From contig NC_068981.1 of NCBI RefSeq assembly GCF_001194135.2, positions 40,061,707 to 40,125,706 on the forward strand: DNA of 64,000 bases. The letters are read 5' to 3'. The notes under the pieces were generated by a model. That model saw nothing but the letters and a program-made list of their open reading frames with translations. It made no database searches and was not told where the DNA came from. This stretch comes from Octopus bimaculoides (Eukaryota). Every line of letters begins with the position of its first letter. The stretch's first letter is position 1. This document shows positions 12,306 to 23,620 of the stretch, piece by piece. Position numbers and translations under genes: made by a program.

Positions 12306-12949
12306 GTCTGTTCGAGCACGGTCAATCAAAATAATACTAAAACAGCAACGATTGTATTTAATTAATTTAGTATCTAGAACGACTACAACGATGGTTGTTG
12401 ATAGTAGAATCGGTTGCGCGTAGTAGACTGGAGTTCATATAATACCCCTGCAAAAGCATAACTTTGGGGGCAGATACCTATGTTAGAAATAATTATTATT
12501 GCTAGTTGGCCATTGGAGGTGTAGCGGTTATAAGACTTTAGCAGCAGCATTACGTCATAGTCGTGTCGGCTGCCTTTTGTTTAGGAATGTCTTGCGCTTT
12601 TTCTTGGTCGGTTTTACTGACCATACATCGATTCTAATCTTCGTGAAAAGTTTCTTTTCCATGGAGAAAGGATCTTAGAATCGAGTTTACAGCAGTTATA
12701 AAAATCCTGGTTTGGGGGACATTATTCAGTGACACTCGGTTGCCACACGGCTTGCACTTAGGTCGTCGTTTGATATTGGTGTTGTTTTGTGAAATTGAAC
12801 AACGTGATAACCCCAGTAAATTGTTATATTATTGTTGCTGTTTGTTTTACTTGTTTGGCGTTATACAACATTTGTTTGCTGCTTTGTGTCAGTTTTTGTT
12901 AACGTGTTCTCCACTTTCTTAAGGGGGTTGCACAGTTTAGAAAAAAAGA

Positions 12950-13550
12950 TGGAGATTGATAGTCTAAGTTCCTCCAAGGAGGAATTGCTACAAGCGATTG
13001 ACGAAATTGACATGAAAGAAAAGGATAGAAAAATGAATTTTGCGGCCGTAGCCAAAAGCCACAACAAGGTTATAGATATTCAGGAAACAGGCAGAATATG
13101 TTTCGTAAGGAGGGACACGACGTAAAGGTGTCCCTCCATCCCAAAAGGTTTTACAGGAAGCAAAGGTCAAAATGATAATATACAGAACCTACTCTATAAA
13201 GCCCCAGAAGATTGAAGTGATGACCACTACGCAAATCAAAAAGGGAATGAAACCCATATGGCAGAAAATTTCACACCTTTCAAAAGGGAGAAAATTTGGA
13301 ACAGTGAAGGTGCGGTTCCGGGATGAAGCCACAGCCAGGCTACACTCGACGACCCCCTTGAAAACTGATGAGGTGGTTCTTCTACCCATATACCTTGGAA
13401 GACATGCTTCCAGAGTAAGGGTAGAAGACATACCCCTGGAAATAAATGTAGCCTGGCTGGTGGCTGCCATTCTTCTAGGCATGGAGGAAAATCAACGGTC
13501 CTCCAAGCTACCAGCACTGCACAATAAAATTGGCAGGGGCAGATCTTGAA
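12950..13550 (+). mobile_element. Probable LINE ORF1 (gag-like) fragment
   Basis: Broken ORF MEIDSLSSSKEELL...GRKFGTVKVRF...LKTDEVVLLPIYLGRHASRVRVEDIPLEINVAWLVAAIL; isolated and intronless. The family assignment is from recall only. Confidence 0.5.
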
Positions 13551-14286
13551 TAAAAAACAAAAACTTCGGTTGCCACACGGAACCTCGTCACTCATTTTGG
13601 CAATGCTGTTTTGCCTTGTTCATCCTTCGTGGTTTTATGTCATGCTATTCTCAACCATTTTAAAGTAGTTTCGAAGAACTAGCTAAAAAAATTGTTCCTG
13701 TTGTCATTCTCGCGACAGACTCTTTTAAAACATGCTTTTCTTCATTGTAATAAATACTGTAACTCTGTCCTATCATTACTATTATAAATTCATTGTACAT
13801 ATTTTTACTTTCTGTAAATAAACGATTGGTGTTAAATCCAGTCCTTCTCTTGATATTATCTGTACGAACTCTCATCGTATGATAAGGAAAATGAATTAGC
13901 TAAAGATTTATTTGCATGCACCTTTATGAATTTATACTAAAGCCCTTGCCAACACGCCCTTGCCAAACTTCTTCTCGCAACTAAGCCATTGAGACACAGC
14001 GACTTTTACTTATATATACATATAAACGCAGCCTAACCTGAGGTTTATAATTGGTGATATAAGTACAACAGTAAACAGTTATAGTTGCTGAATCCACAGT
14101 CAGTTTTCACTGACAACCCGACATCTCACGGCCGCGTTAGAGGCATACTTAGTGGATACACAAGATCAGAAAACTTAAATTCTTTGGACGAGGTGTTCTT
14201 CCGGAGTCCAATATCCGATATTCTTCTTAAAAAGTTCTAGCAACGCAACAAGTGGAAATATATTTAATCTGATATCTGTGACAAGG

Positions 14287-14338
<52 letters not shown>

Positions 14339-17300
14339 CACACACTACCCTTTAAACTACGCGTCTACATTTTTTTTCTAGTTACTGTAGTTAGAAGATT
14401 ATGTCTGTAAGAAAGAAGATTCCATGAAGAGGATTTATTTCCAATACATCATTTAGTCGACAAAATTTGGAAATTTTCTCAGAATTCAATTATTTTTCTT
14501 TGTAAATTTCTAAGTTTATTGATTTTGCTTTAACTGGGCACCTAACCAATTCCGATAAGAAGAAAGATGTTGCATCTATTTCAGTATAATAAATGGCATT
14601 TGTTTTATGAAACTCAGTCATGGATTATTTCATATTCAAAATCGCATATATCTGCAAGTAGATTAAAATAATTGTTGAGCGCTGTACTGAAAAAATCCTG
14701 CCAAACAGATTCCGAGACCCAGTGTATTTTAGTAATAAAAACCATTTCGTTTCATTTAGTATCCAAGTAAAAATGGTAATACTAACCTATTTAGCATACA
14801 ATAAAATGATTTCAGTCAAACCTTGCCTTAAGCCATTCATTATTCCAAGACACAAATCTAATTTAATTCCTATGCCAATTACTTCTTTAAGGCTTTAGCT
14901 TTTCTATAATATGCTTCAAACTCTGGTCTATCATTACAGTAATAAACCAATTTAAGATGAATTGCAATTTAGACCATTAAATCTAAGCAGATAATCATGT
15001 CATTGACATCCACCATTAGCATCAGTTTATATAGCTTATTATATTTTTCGTTAACCCTTTTAATAAATTTATCTTTCAATAAAATATTTAGATGATTAGA
15101 CGGTGGCGCATATGACTGCCGTACTGGAAACATTACGTTATATAACTTTATTTTCATTTCAATTTTTCTCGGATTTGACTTTGCCTTTTATCACTCTGAA
15201 GTCGCTCGTTGACGTGACAGAAATATGCTACAATCGAATGGCAATTCCTCATTAGTTTAATTAAAATTTGAAAAAGAAAACTAGCTTTGTATATCTATTA
15301 GCAATTTCGTGACGAGGCAAATATAATATTTTTTGAAGAAAGTGGTGAGCACTGTAACACAAACAAATTATCTCCAGTACAAGCAGCAATCTTGTTTCGA
15401 TTCTCGTTTGAAACTAATTTACTTATAGTACTAATGTTTTGTAAAAGCAATGCGTCACAAATTCCAGGTTTCTCCTAAATTAAAATGCCTGGTCAACTAA
15501 TAAAAAAAAATAGCATATCATATACGGTGCAATGGCACAAATTTTTAAGAAATGTTAATCCATTGAATCAACTTAGTACAATACTAGAACTTAGTAGATC
15601 AACCCTGGAGATATGAAAAAGCAAAGAAAACCAACGCTACTCAAGATCTGGCCCAGATAACTGCTCAATAATAACAACATATTACAATATTTACAATAAA
15701 ATCAATCTGAAATACCAACGAAAGCTTATATATTTTTTATATCTTTATTTCGTCTTTTTTTATTCTAAGAGCTATCGACTCCTTCCCACCTACATGATTA
15801 CATAGTCAAAAATCTTTGTAGATTATTAAAAAGAAGGCAAAGAAAAGGAGGCATAAAATAAAATTGATAAATCAATACGGGGAAAAATCCGTATATTACC
15901 AGTGACAGGTAATCAATAAATAGAATCCTACTTGCTTTCCGAAGCGGCATTTTATCGGTCAGAAACTGGTTTGAAATCATTATTAAAGTAACCTCAACAG
16001 CAACTAAACACTCATAACATGGTGTTATTCTTCTCCTCTAGATTTGTTGGTAAAAATCCTGCATATTAAATGAACTGGCGCCTTTTTCTTCCCCCTTTTT
16101 TTTCTAGATCGGTCGCTACCTACTGGCCAGTATTTTATTGCCACTAATTTTGATGTAACCAATTATGGCAAACCAGCAATGCAAAACGCCATTTCTAACG
16201 TTAGATAATTTTTTTCTTGTTTTCTTTGAGTAATTTTATAGTAAAATAGCACCAATGAAATTGCTGTCGTTTAGAATAAAAATTCAAAGTAGACTTCTTC
16301 AGTAGAATATACTCCCAACAGCTTTCACGTTGGTAGGAGGATTTTCTTTTTTCTTATTTTAGCCAATAAAGTATTGGTATGAAATAAAATTTGTGGAAAA
16401 GAAATGCATTTCGGCTCAGCTTTGTTGTGGTATCTCTAATTATTGCTTTGAATAAATCTTGTTTTCTCAACCCTCCTCACAATATAACCATAAGATACTC
16501 AAGTAAATTAAACATACTATTGATATCGATCTAGTAAAGGAAAATAAATACGAAGCAATTTTATTTTACGTTAGAATTATTATGTTATTTTTTCTCTTCA
16601 TTATTTTATTTATGAAGAGAACTGCTGATGACTGAAGTGGCAGAGTATGGAATCTTGTTACAGGGCCTATAGCGAATCTATACCTAAGGCATTGAGCTTT
16701 TTATAGATATAGAATCGAAAACATAAGTAGTTGTAAGTAGTTGTGAAACCAAAGGAAATACAACATACTTATCTCATAGTGAATTCCGGACTAGATTATT
16801 CCATGTGTCCTCTTCTAAAATGCTAAGGTGTGTTTTACGGAAATTTGATTGCGTCTTCTAGCAGACCGATTAACGGCCTTGAGACCTCCGTGCTAGTTCT
16901 AAACTGTTGTCTTACATGAGACGTTTATTGTAAGAAGTGGAAACTATAAAAATGAACTAACTCTAAATACGTCAGTTTAAGTCATTTAATTTACATCGCA
17001 TTTCATGAATTCCAACAGAGAAATTACTGGGTTCACTGCATTTCTGTTGAACGAAAAGGAACTAGCTGTACAATCGGACAGAACAACGGCGAATTATTAA
17101 CACACAATCGTGTTTGTATTTCACATGAAGACAAATTTTCAAAAAGTACTTCTTCAACATAAATAATTGTGAAGCAATCGTTCATTTAGCTTAATGGTAT
17201 ATGCAAGGCTGGTGGAAAATAGAATTAGAAAATGCATGGCAATTTTCGTTGATCTGAGATCAAGTTGCGCTGAGGTTGCCTTTGACTTTTATCTCCTAAG

Positions 17301-17718
17301 AATTCATAGTGTAAAGACAAGTCAAATATTGAATCGATATAACTGATTATACTACACTCACCACAGGAGTCATAGCTGAGTCAGAAAACATTACATTATC
17401 TTCATAGTAGTATTAGCTATTTCCAAACTCTTTTTAGATATTAGTCTGAAGAGTAAAGGCGGCTTTCATGGCTCTCTTCCGGAATTCCAAGACTTGTAAT
17501 GTAAAGGCGGAACATATTTTCAATTCGGATATTTAGTCCGAATATTTTCAATAGATAAAGATACTCAAGAGCCAAGTGCTGGTGGTTAACTGGGAGCTGT
17601 ATTAAGCCTATTACGCAAGAACATGAGCAGTCCCTCCAATGAGCTACCACGAATTTCGTTCTTCTAAATTTCTTTCACAAGGTTTTGGTTGACCGAGGAT
17701 GCAATAAATGACATTTGT

Positions 17719-18715
17719 CCAAGGTATTGCTTAGTGGAGTGAAACTTTGAACTACGCTGTTACAATGTGAAGTCCTTAACCCCTGTCTATTATCGATACA
17801 TTATTTAGTTTCCTGAATGTTATAACAGTAGAATATATTAAATTCGATTTCCCATTCAAGAGAAACCAATAACGTATAATTCGTTGGTATTCTATTTGAA
17901 GTAATATAAAGCAAAATTTTCTATTTGTTACATTGGTTATAACTTATGTAATGCGGATCTGTAGGAAACGATAAATTAAAATAGCATTTGCAGAAGGTTA
18001 CAAATATGGTAGGATAGTACAGTATATCAAATCAACCCCAGTATTTCACTGTTTTAGTTCATCGTACCCCACTGCCTCACATGACGGGTTATAACCACCG
18101 TAATAAATAGAAAATTATCTTGTATATTACGTTAGAGAATAAAGTACCTGTCACTTATATAGTGCTGATTTCTCTTGAACGAATGCAATCGTAATTTTTA
18201 CAAAGAAGAGTATATGGCCAATTACATCGAATTTAATACATTATTGAGTTGGTTTGTCAATGCACGGTAAAGAAAAGCGAAATCTATAGGATCGGATGAT
18301 GCTGAACTTCTGATCATCCAAGGAAATAAAGCGCATTGAAGTAAAGTAAAGGATTACTATTGAAGTGACCGCTTGTAAATCTCTGCTGCTGTAATCATTT
18401 TATTTTACAATGCTAACAGGCACAGATGGGGTTTTCTGACCTATTGTTCGAAAGTGTAACGCTCCGTAACGCATAATAAATGACATACAGTGCAATAGGA
18501 AAATTCGCTGGATCTTAAACGTGAGAAGAAATTAACATCCGTATCACTTGAAAGTAAGGCAGAGTCCTCAAGTTTGAAATGTATTTTGCAGTGGTTATAG
18601 AGTAACAGCAGTGCCCAAGGTATTGCTTAGTGGAGTGAAACTTTGAACTACGCTGTTACAATGTGAAGTCCTTAACCCTGTCTGTCTGTTATCGATACGT
18701 TATTTAGTTTCCTGA
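17719..18715. repeat. Local ~100-bp direct duplication (17719-17816 and 18615-18715)
   Basis: CCAAGGTATTGCTTAGTGGAGTGAAACTTTGAAC...TTATTTAGTTTCCTGA is nearly identical in both copies; it covers a minus-strand SINE head plus flank. Confidence 0.85.
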
Positions 18716-19030
18716 CAGTATACTAAGTTTAAATAATTTTATGATACACACTAGAAAAGATGATAGTTGTGATGCTTGATATTATAAAACAACGTCAAGA
18801 GGATACCTCTTTGATTTATGGTAATGAAAAATCTTATGAATCAACAAGGATACCTTATTATTGCTAAAGATTCTATACGACTAACTGAGCGATCTTACCT
18901 GTCGCTTATGTATATTTTGGCAAATAGGAAAGCTTTGTCTTCCACTGCAAGACTCAACAACAAATATTGAGAGTTAGGATTCATGAAAGCCTAACTAACT
19001 GTAGTTTAAAGTGGAACGACAATAATAATC

Positions 19031-19179
19031 ATTTCCATTATAGGCACAAGGCCTGAAATTTGGGGAAAGGATTTTGTCGATTACATCGACCCTGGTATTC
19101 AACTGGTACTTATTCGACAGATAAAAGACTGCTAATAATTTTGTCCGGCGTGCTAACGATTCTGCCAGCCCGCCGCCTT
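19031..19179 (-). mobile_element. SINE family A, internally deleted
   Basis: Reverse complement of the family A head (GGCGGCGGGCTGGCAGAATCGTTAGCACGCCGG) and tail. Confidence 0.8.
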
Positions 19180-20099
19180 CAAGGATAACAACAATATTGT
19201 GTCACAAACCAACATACTTAGAACCAATTTCATATGAGTTAAACTACATATTACTTTCGATTCTTTGCAATCTTGCAAAAATATTTCTGAATTTAATTGA
19301 CGTTTCTCTAGCATCAACCAGATAAACTGAACGAAACAGAATTTCTCAACTATATTTTTCAACAAATGAGAAAGGAATTACTGCTGTAAATATAATCAAT
19401 TGACAATTGATTGTTCTACGAGACAAAAACTGAAAGCACACTTGTGTGGGAACAAAATATTAGAAATTTTCTATATACTGCAACTATACATCGAACCACA
19501 ATCTACTTCAACCTCTTCTTTTTTCAATGATTCCTTTAACTGGATAACAAGTCGACATTTTACAAAGCTTCAGTATCAAAGTCGAATTACATCAGACATC
19601 ATGTAACACTCTCCTTTCAATTTGCATCTCACGAACTATATTGATTTATGACTAAGAGGCATTATATTCGATATAACATAAGAACGAAAATCATTTATTT
19701 TTTTATGTTAAGAAGGATAATATCGTTTTCTAAGAAAGTAAAAGAGTTCCATAAACCGGAATATATGTCTTCAGTTTTTAGTACGAACGTCCTACGAATT
19801 GACATATGCGAAATATTTTGATACAGCGAAGCAGATTTTACTGTTCATCAACGTTTTATACTCTCAATTGAGAAATGTTGATACTCGAGCTAGTCGTTAA
19901 AAGTGCTATGAATGCTGAGTGAGGTTATTTCCTTTTCATTTTACAACTGGTTTACTATATCTGAATGGTTGCGATAGAGTGTTTTATTTTCCATAATCTA
20001 TTATTAAATCATTAACATGAGAGTAAAAGCACTATTTAGAATGAGATGCTAAAACGAACATATAACTAGATCGAAGGCTGGCAAATCTTTCTATAACAA

Positions 20100-20400
20100 A
20101 CCGATATAGTTGTATGGTTAAGAAGCTAGTGTTGCGGTCACAAAGTTTCAGCTGCAGTCCCACAGCACGCACTTTTGACAAGTGTCTTCTATTATTGTCC
20201 AGGGACCACAAATCCCTTGTAAGCAGATTTCGTTGCGGGAAAGTGTGTGGAAGCTTGCCGTATATATGCATACGCGCATTTGTGTGTGTGTGTGTGTGTA
20301 TGTGTGTGTATGTGTGTGTACCTTTGTGTTTGTATGTGACCTCCCACCGCTTGGAAATCGGTTTTGGTTTGTTTTCGTCCCCGTAACTTAAAACGGTTCA
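20100..20400 (+). mobile_element. tRNA-derived SINE family B (CORE-like segment, internal TG repeat)
   Basis: tRNA-like head, ...TTTGACAAGTGTCTTCTA..., central (TG)n, then CCACCGCTTG; diverged relative of 37273-37708. Confidence 0.7.
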
Positions 20401-20526
20401 TAAAACGTTAATAGCTGTTACATACATACATACATACATACACGCACAAACATTATATAACTTACCAATTTGCCACTCCCCAAAAGGATACATACATACA
20501 TACATACATACATACATACATACATT

Positions 20527-22016
20527 ATGGCGCCGTCAACATTGGACGTGCAGGTGTAGAGGACCGTTTAAAAAGTCCGTTTTGAACGCCTTCCTCTAGA
20601 AATATGCCGACTTCTTCAGTCCAAATCGGTAACTGGTTTATTTCTCCAATAATTTATAAGAAAAACAAACTTTTCCTCAATCATCCCAAAACACTGAGAA
20701 TGGGCCAAAATCTACCAGAAGCGGCGTAAAAAATAATGTAAACAAACCAACGCTGCTGCCATCGCTAAAGTCGAGTGTGTCTCCAAAATTAGCTGACTCA
20801 GTAGCGAAGACTGAGGAATGCATACAACGCAAGAACATTTTAAAATTATAATTCGCAAAAAAATCTGCTACTTCCGAGAAGATTTTGTTGAGCAATAGAC
20901 CATTCAAAACAAGAGTGAGAAATAATCCGACCGATCTAATGTTTAAAGTTATCAACGTGGTCGCTGGATAGCACACGGAATCATGTGAAGTTAATTACTA
21001 GAATATAAATACTCGTATATACTCACCCGTTATCACTCTTAAAGAATACCTAGGAGAAATCTACAGTGAACAAAGTAACGAAATTACTAAACGGAAACAA
21101 CCTAGATGGAAAACAAAACTTGAAGAAAGCATCAATAACGTGCGTCGCCATATCGGATGGTTAACTACAATAATATAATGTAAGGAGAAAAAGGAGTTTA
21201 CACCTCACCAACTCTACCTTAAACAAAAATTAACGAAACTTTATGGCAGCCTTTCACACCGAGATCTTGAGGGAAAGCTAATCACTTAAAAATATGAACT
21301 CAGGACGATGAGCGAGAAATTTCGCATGCGAATTTTCGAACGAGCCAGTATCAATCGCAAGTTTGCCTCCAACCTACAAGAATTATACAGAGAGATGATG
21401 AAGAAAAACATTACCACTGAGAAAGCTCAGCAAAAAGACTATCCTGAAATAAACTTAGAAAATCGCTGTTATGGAATACATTCATAAACACCAACTCAAG
21501 GAATACTGCTGGAATATTCCCACAAAAACTTCTGTCAAATGTAAGCATAACAGGCCGGATATTGTTGTTTGGGACAGAGGGGCAAATGTATGTATCGTCA
21601 TAGAGGTCAGCTGCCCTGCAGATATATCTGTTTGAAAATAAAAAAAGAGGATATCTATAGACAACTGCTTCGAAACCGCCAGCTTCTATATCCAGACTTT
21701 GAATTCATATTCATACCAATAATAATTGGAGCACTAGGTTCTGTTAGTAAACGCTTAAAGGAAAATCTGGATAAGCTGGGATTTTCAGAAAGAGAAATCG
21801 ACCGGCTAATTCGCACATTACAAGTGCAATCTGTGAATAGAACAGTAAAAATATGCAAGACTTTGCTCAAGTTCCAATTGTGAAGTTATTTGTTTTAACT
21901 ACATCCAAAAGATGGAGCTTTGCATCTATGCTGGAAACCAGTTCCTTCCTCAGTGGAAGATTTATAATAATTAAAAAAATAGAAGAGACATACATACATA
22001 CATACATACATACATA
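20527..22016 (+). mobile_element. R4-like RLE non-LTR retrotransposon, internally deleted (no RT), flanked by (TACA)n
   Basis: The N-terminal region (QPRWKTKLEESINNVRRHIG...SINRKFASNLQELYRE) is joined directly to RLE motifs KHNRPDIVVWD...IEVSCPAD...FIPIIIGALG; (CATA/TACA)n lies at both ends. Confidence 0.75.
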
Positions 22017-22194
22017 CAAGTTGATTAAAAAACTACAGATCCAAGCCATCACTACAACTGTAAAAATCTGTTAAACTTTCGAGAAGTTTATCATTTAAGA
22101 TTATCTGTGCATGTCTAGCTGTGCAACTATATGTATGGAGATACTTACATAAAACAATGCATACAAATCTGCACATATACATACAAAAATACCT

Positions 22195-22295
22195 TGTTGA
22201 TGTTGAAATTCCAATGAAGGAGTCTTGGATCTAGACTAGTAACCGGCTGTTTCTCTATTGTACATACATACATACATACATACATACATACATAC
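22195..22295 (+). mobile_element. Short 3'-end copy of the (TACA)n-tailed element
   Basis: TTCCAATGAAGGAGTCTTGGATCTAGACTAGTAACCGG resembles the 3' UTR at about 21905-21950; followed by (TACA)n. Confidence 0.55.
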
Positions 22296-22488
22296 ACGTT
22301 TTACATCTCAGAAATTTGCCCTTCTCCGGAGGAATGTATTCAGATCTTTGAATCCAAAAGCACGCCATAGTTTGTCTTATTTCGAAAAGGTAGTGTTGCT
22401 GACCCTGTCAACTAACGTTTGCGGCATTCACTTCCAATTTTCCATACTTTTTGAAAGCATCCATTAACAAATATGTCTCTTTCACTCG

Positions 22489-22523
<35 letters not shown>

Positions 22524-22589
22524 TTACGGCATAATGCTTGTCAGTATGGTTTCTGCGAAGCCAGTTCCACTAGTTATTTACTTTACTCT

Positions 22590-22750
22590 GTCGCCTACCA
22601 TTCGGCGCTCACTTTAGAGAAATATGATTAAAGCAATGTTGTCGCCCTAGACATTAGCAGAGCTTTCGACCCCGTAATGCGAATCTCCTCTTTCTGTTCC
22701 ATACTTTGTCGGTTCTGTTGAGCATCAAGGTTCGGTTTTGCTCCCAACTG
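22590..22750 (+). mobile_element. Jockey/CR1-like LINE RT fragment
   Basis: VVALDISRAFDPV (cf. the RT motif LDISKAFDRV); truncated by an assembly gap. Confidence 0.5.
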
Positions 22751-22904
22751 NNNNNNNNNNNNNNNNNNNNNNNNNNNNNNNNNNNNNNNNNNNNNNNNNN
22801 NNNNNNNNNNNNNNNNNNNNNNNNNNNNNNNNNNNNNNNNNNNNNNNNNNNNNNNNNNNNNNNNNNNNNNNNNNNNNNNNNNNNNNNNNNNNNNNNNNNN
22901 NNNN
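22751..22904. other. Assembly gap (N-run); other gaps at 26298-26307, 26584-26593, 47104-47626, 53043-53146
   Basis: Runs of N, mostly adjacent to (AT)n. Confidence 0.99.
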
Positions 22905-23450
22905 ATATATATATATATATATATACATATATGCTCTACTCGCAGGGGATTCGATCGAAATGCAATCGTATCCCCTGCGAGTTAATACAGCATCTCCTAA
23001 TAGCAATGTAAACTTCATTTAATCAAGTTATCCTTGGCCTGTCTACCCCTCGTTTTGATAATTACTACTTCCGAGGTCCCGCTTGCTATGAAATATATGT
23101 AGCCTGGAATTTATCAACTCCGTTCCCTTTTTTGGGGGATATATATTATTAGCGCCAAGCAGTGCTTAGGCATAAGCAATGTATAGGTTAGTTAAAATAT
23201 GTTTGTGACATATTTCAATTGCTAAAAGGCAAATTCACTGCAGTTACTGTAGAGAAAATGTTCTCTTATGGAAGTAAAATGGTGTAAAATCACCATATCT
23301 GTTCAGTGTCACCATCTGTCAGGATTACTAGACATCGATGTTTCTAGCTCCTTAAGTTGTCCTATAAATTCGTATAAAACTATAGAAGTTAGAGCGTAAA
23401 CAGTGGGAGATAAACAAACAAATCAAGTGATACAAATCAAAGTAAACAGC

Positions 23451-23587
23451 TTAACCCTTTGAGGCCTGATCTCCTGAACCTTATTCTACCATATACCTGG
23501 CACTCCCCCGGTGCTACAGTGTAGAGTGGTGCTACGGTATAGAGAAAAATAAGCCATCCACGGGTAAATTGGTGTTACAAGCTCAAA

Positions 23588-23594
<7 letters not shown>
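23451..23594. mobile_element. piggyBac-like MITE (136 bp)
   Basis: TTAA|CCCTTTGAG ... CTCAAAGGG|TTTA: 9-bp TIR with a TTAA-like target duplication (1 mismatch). Confidence 0.6.
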
Positions 23595-23620
<26 letters not shown>

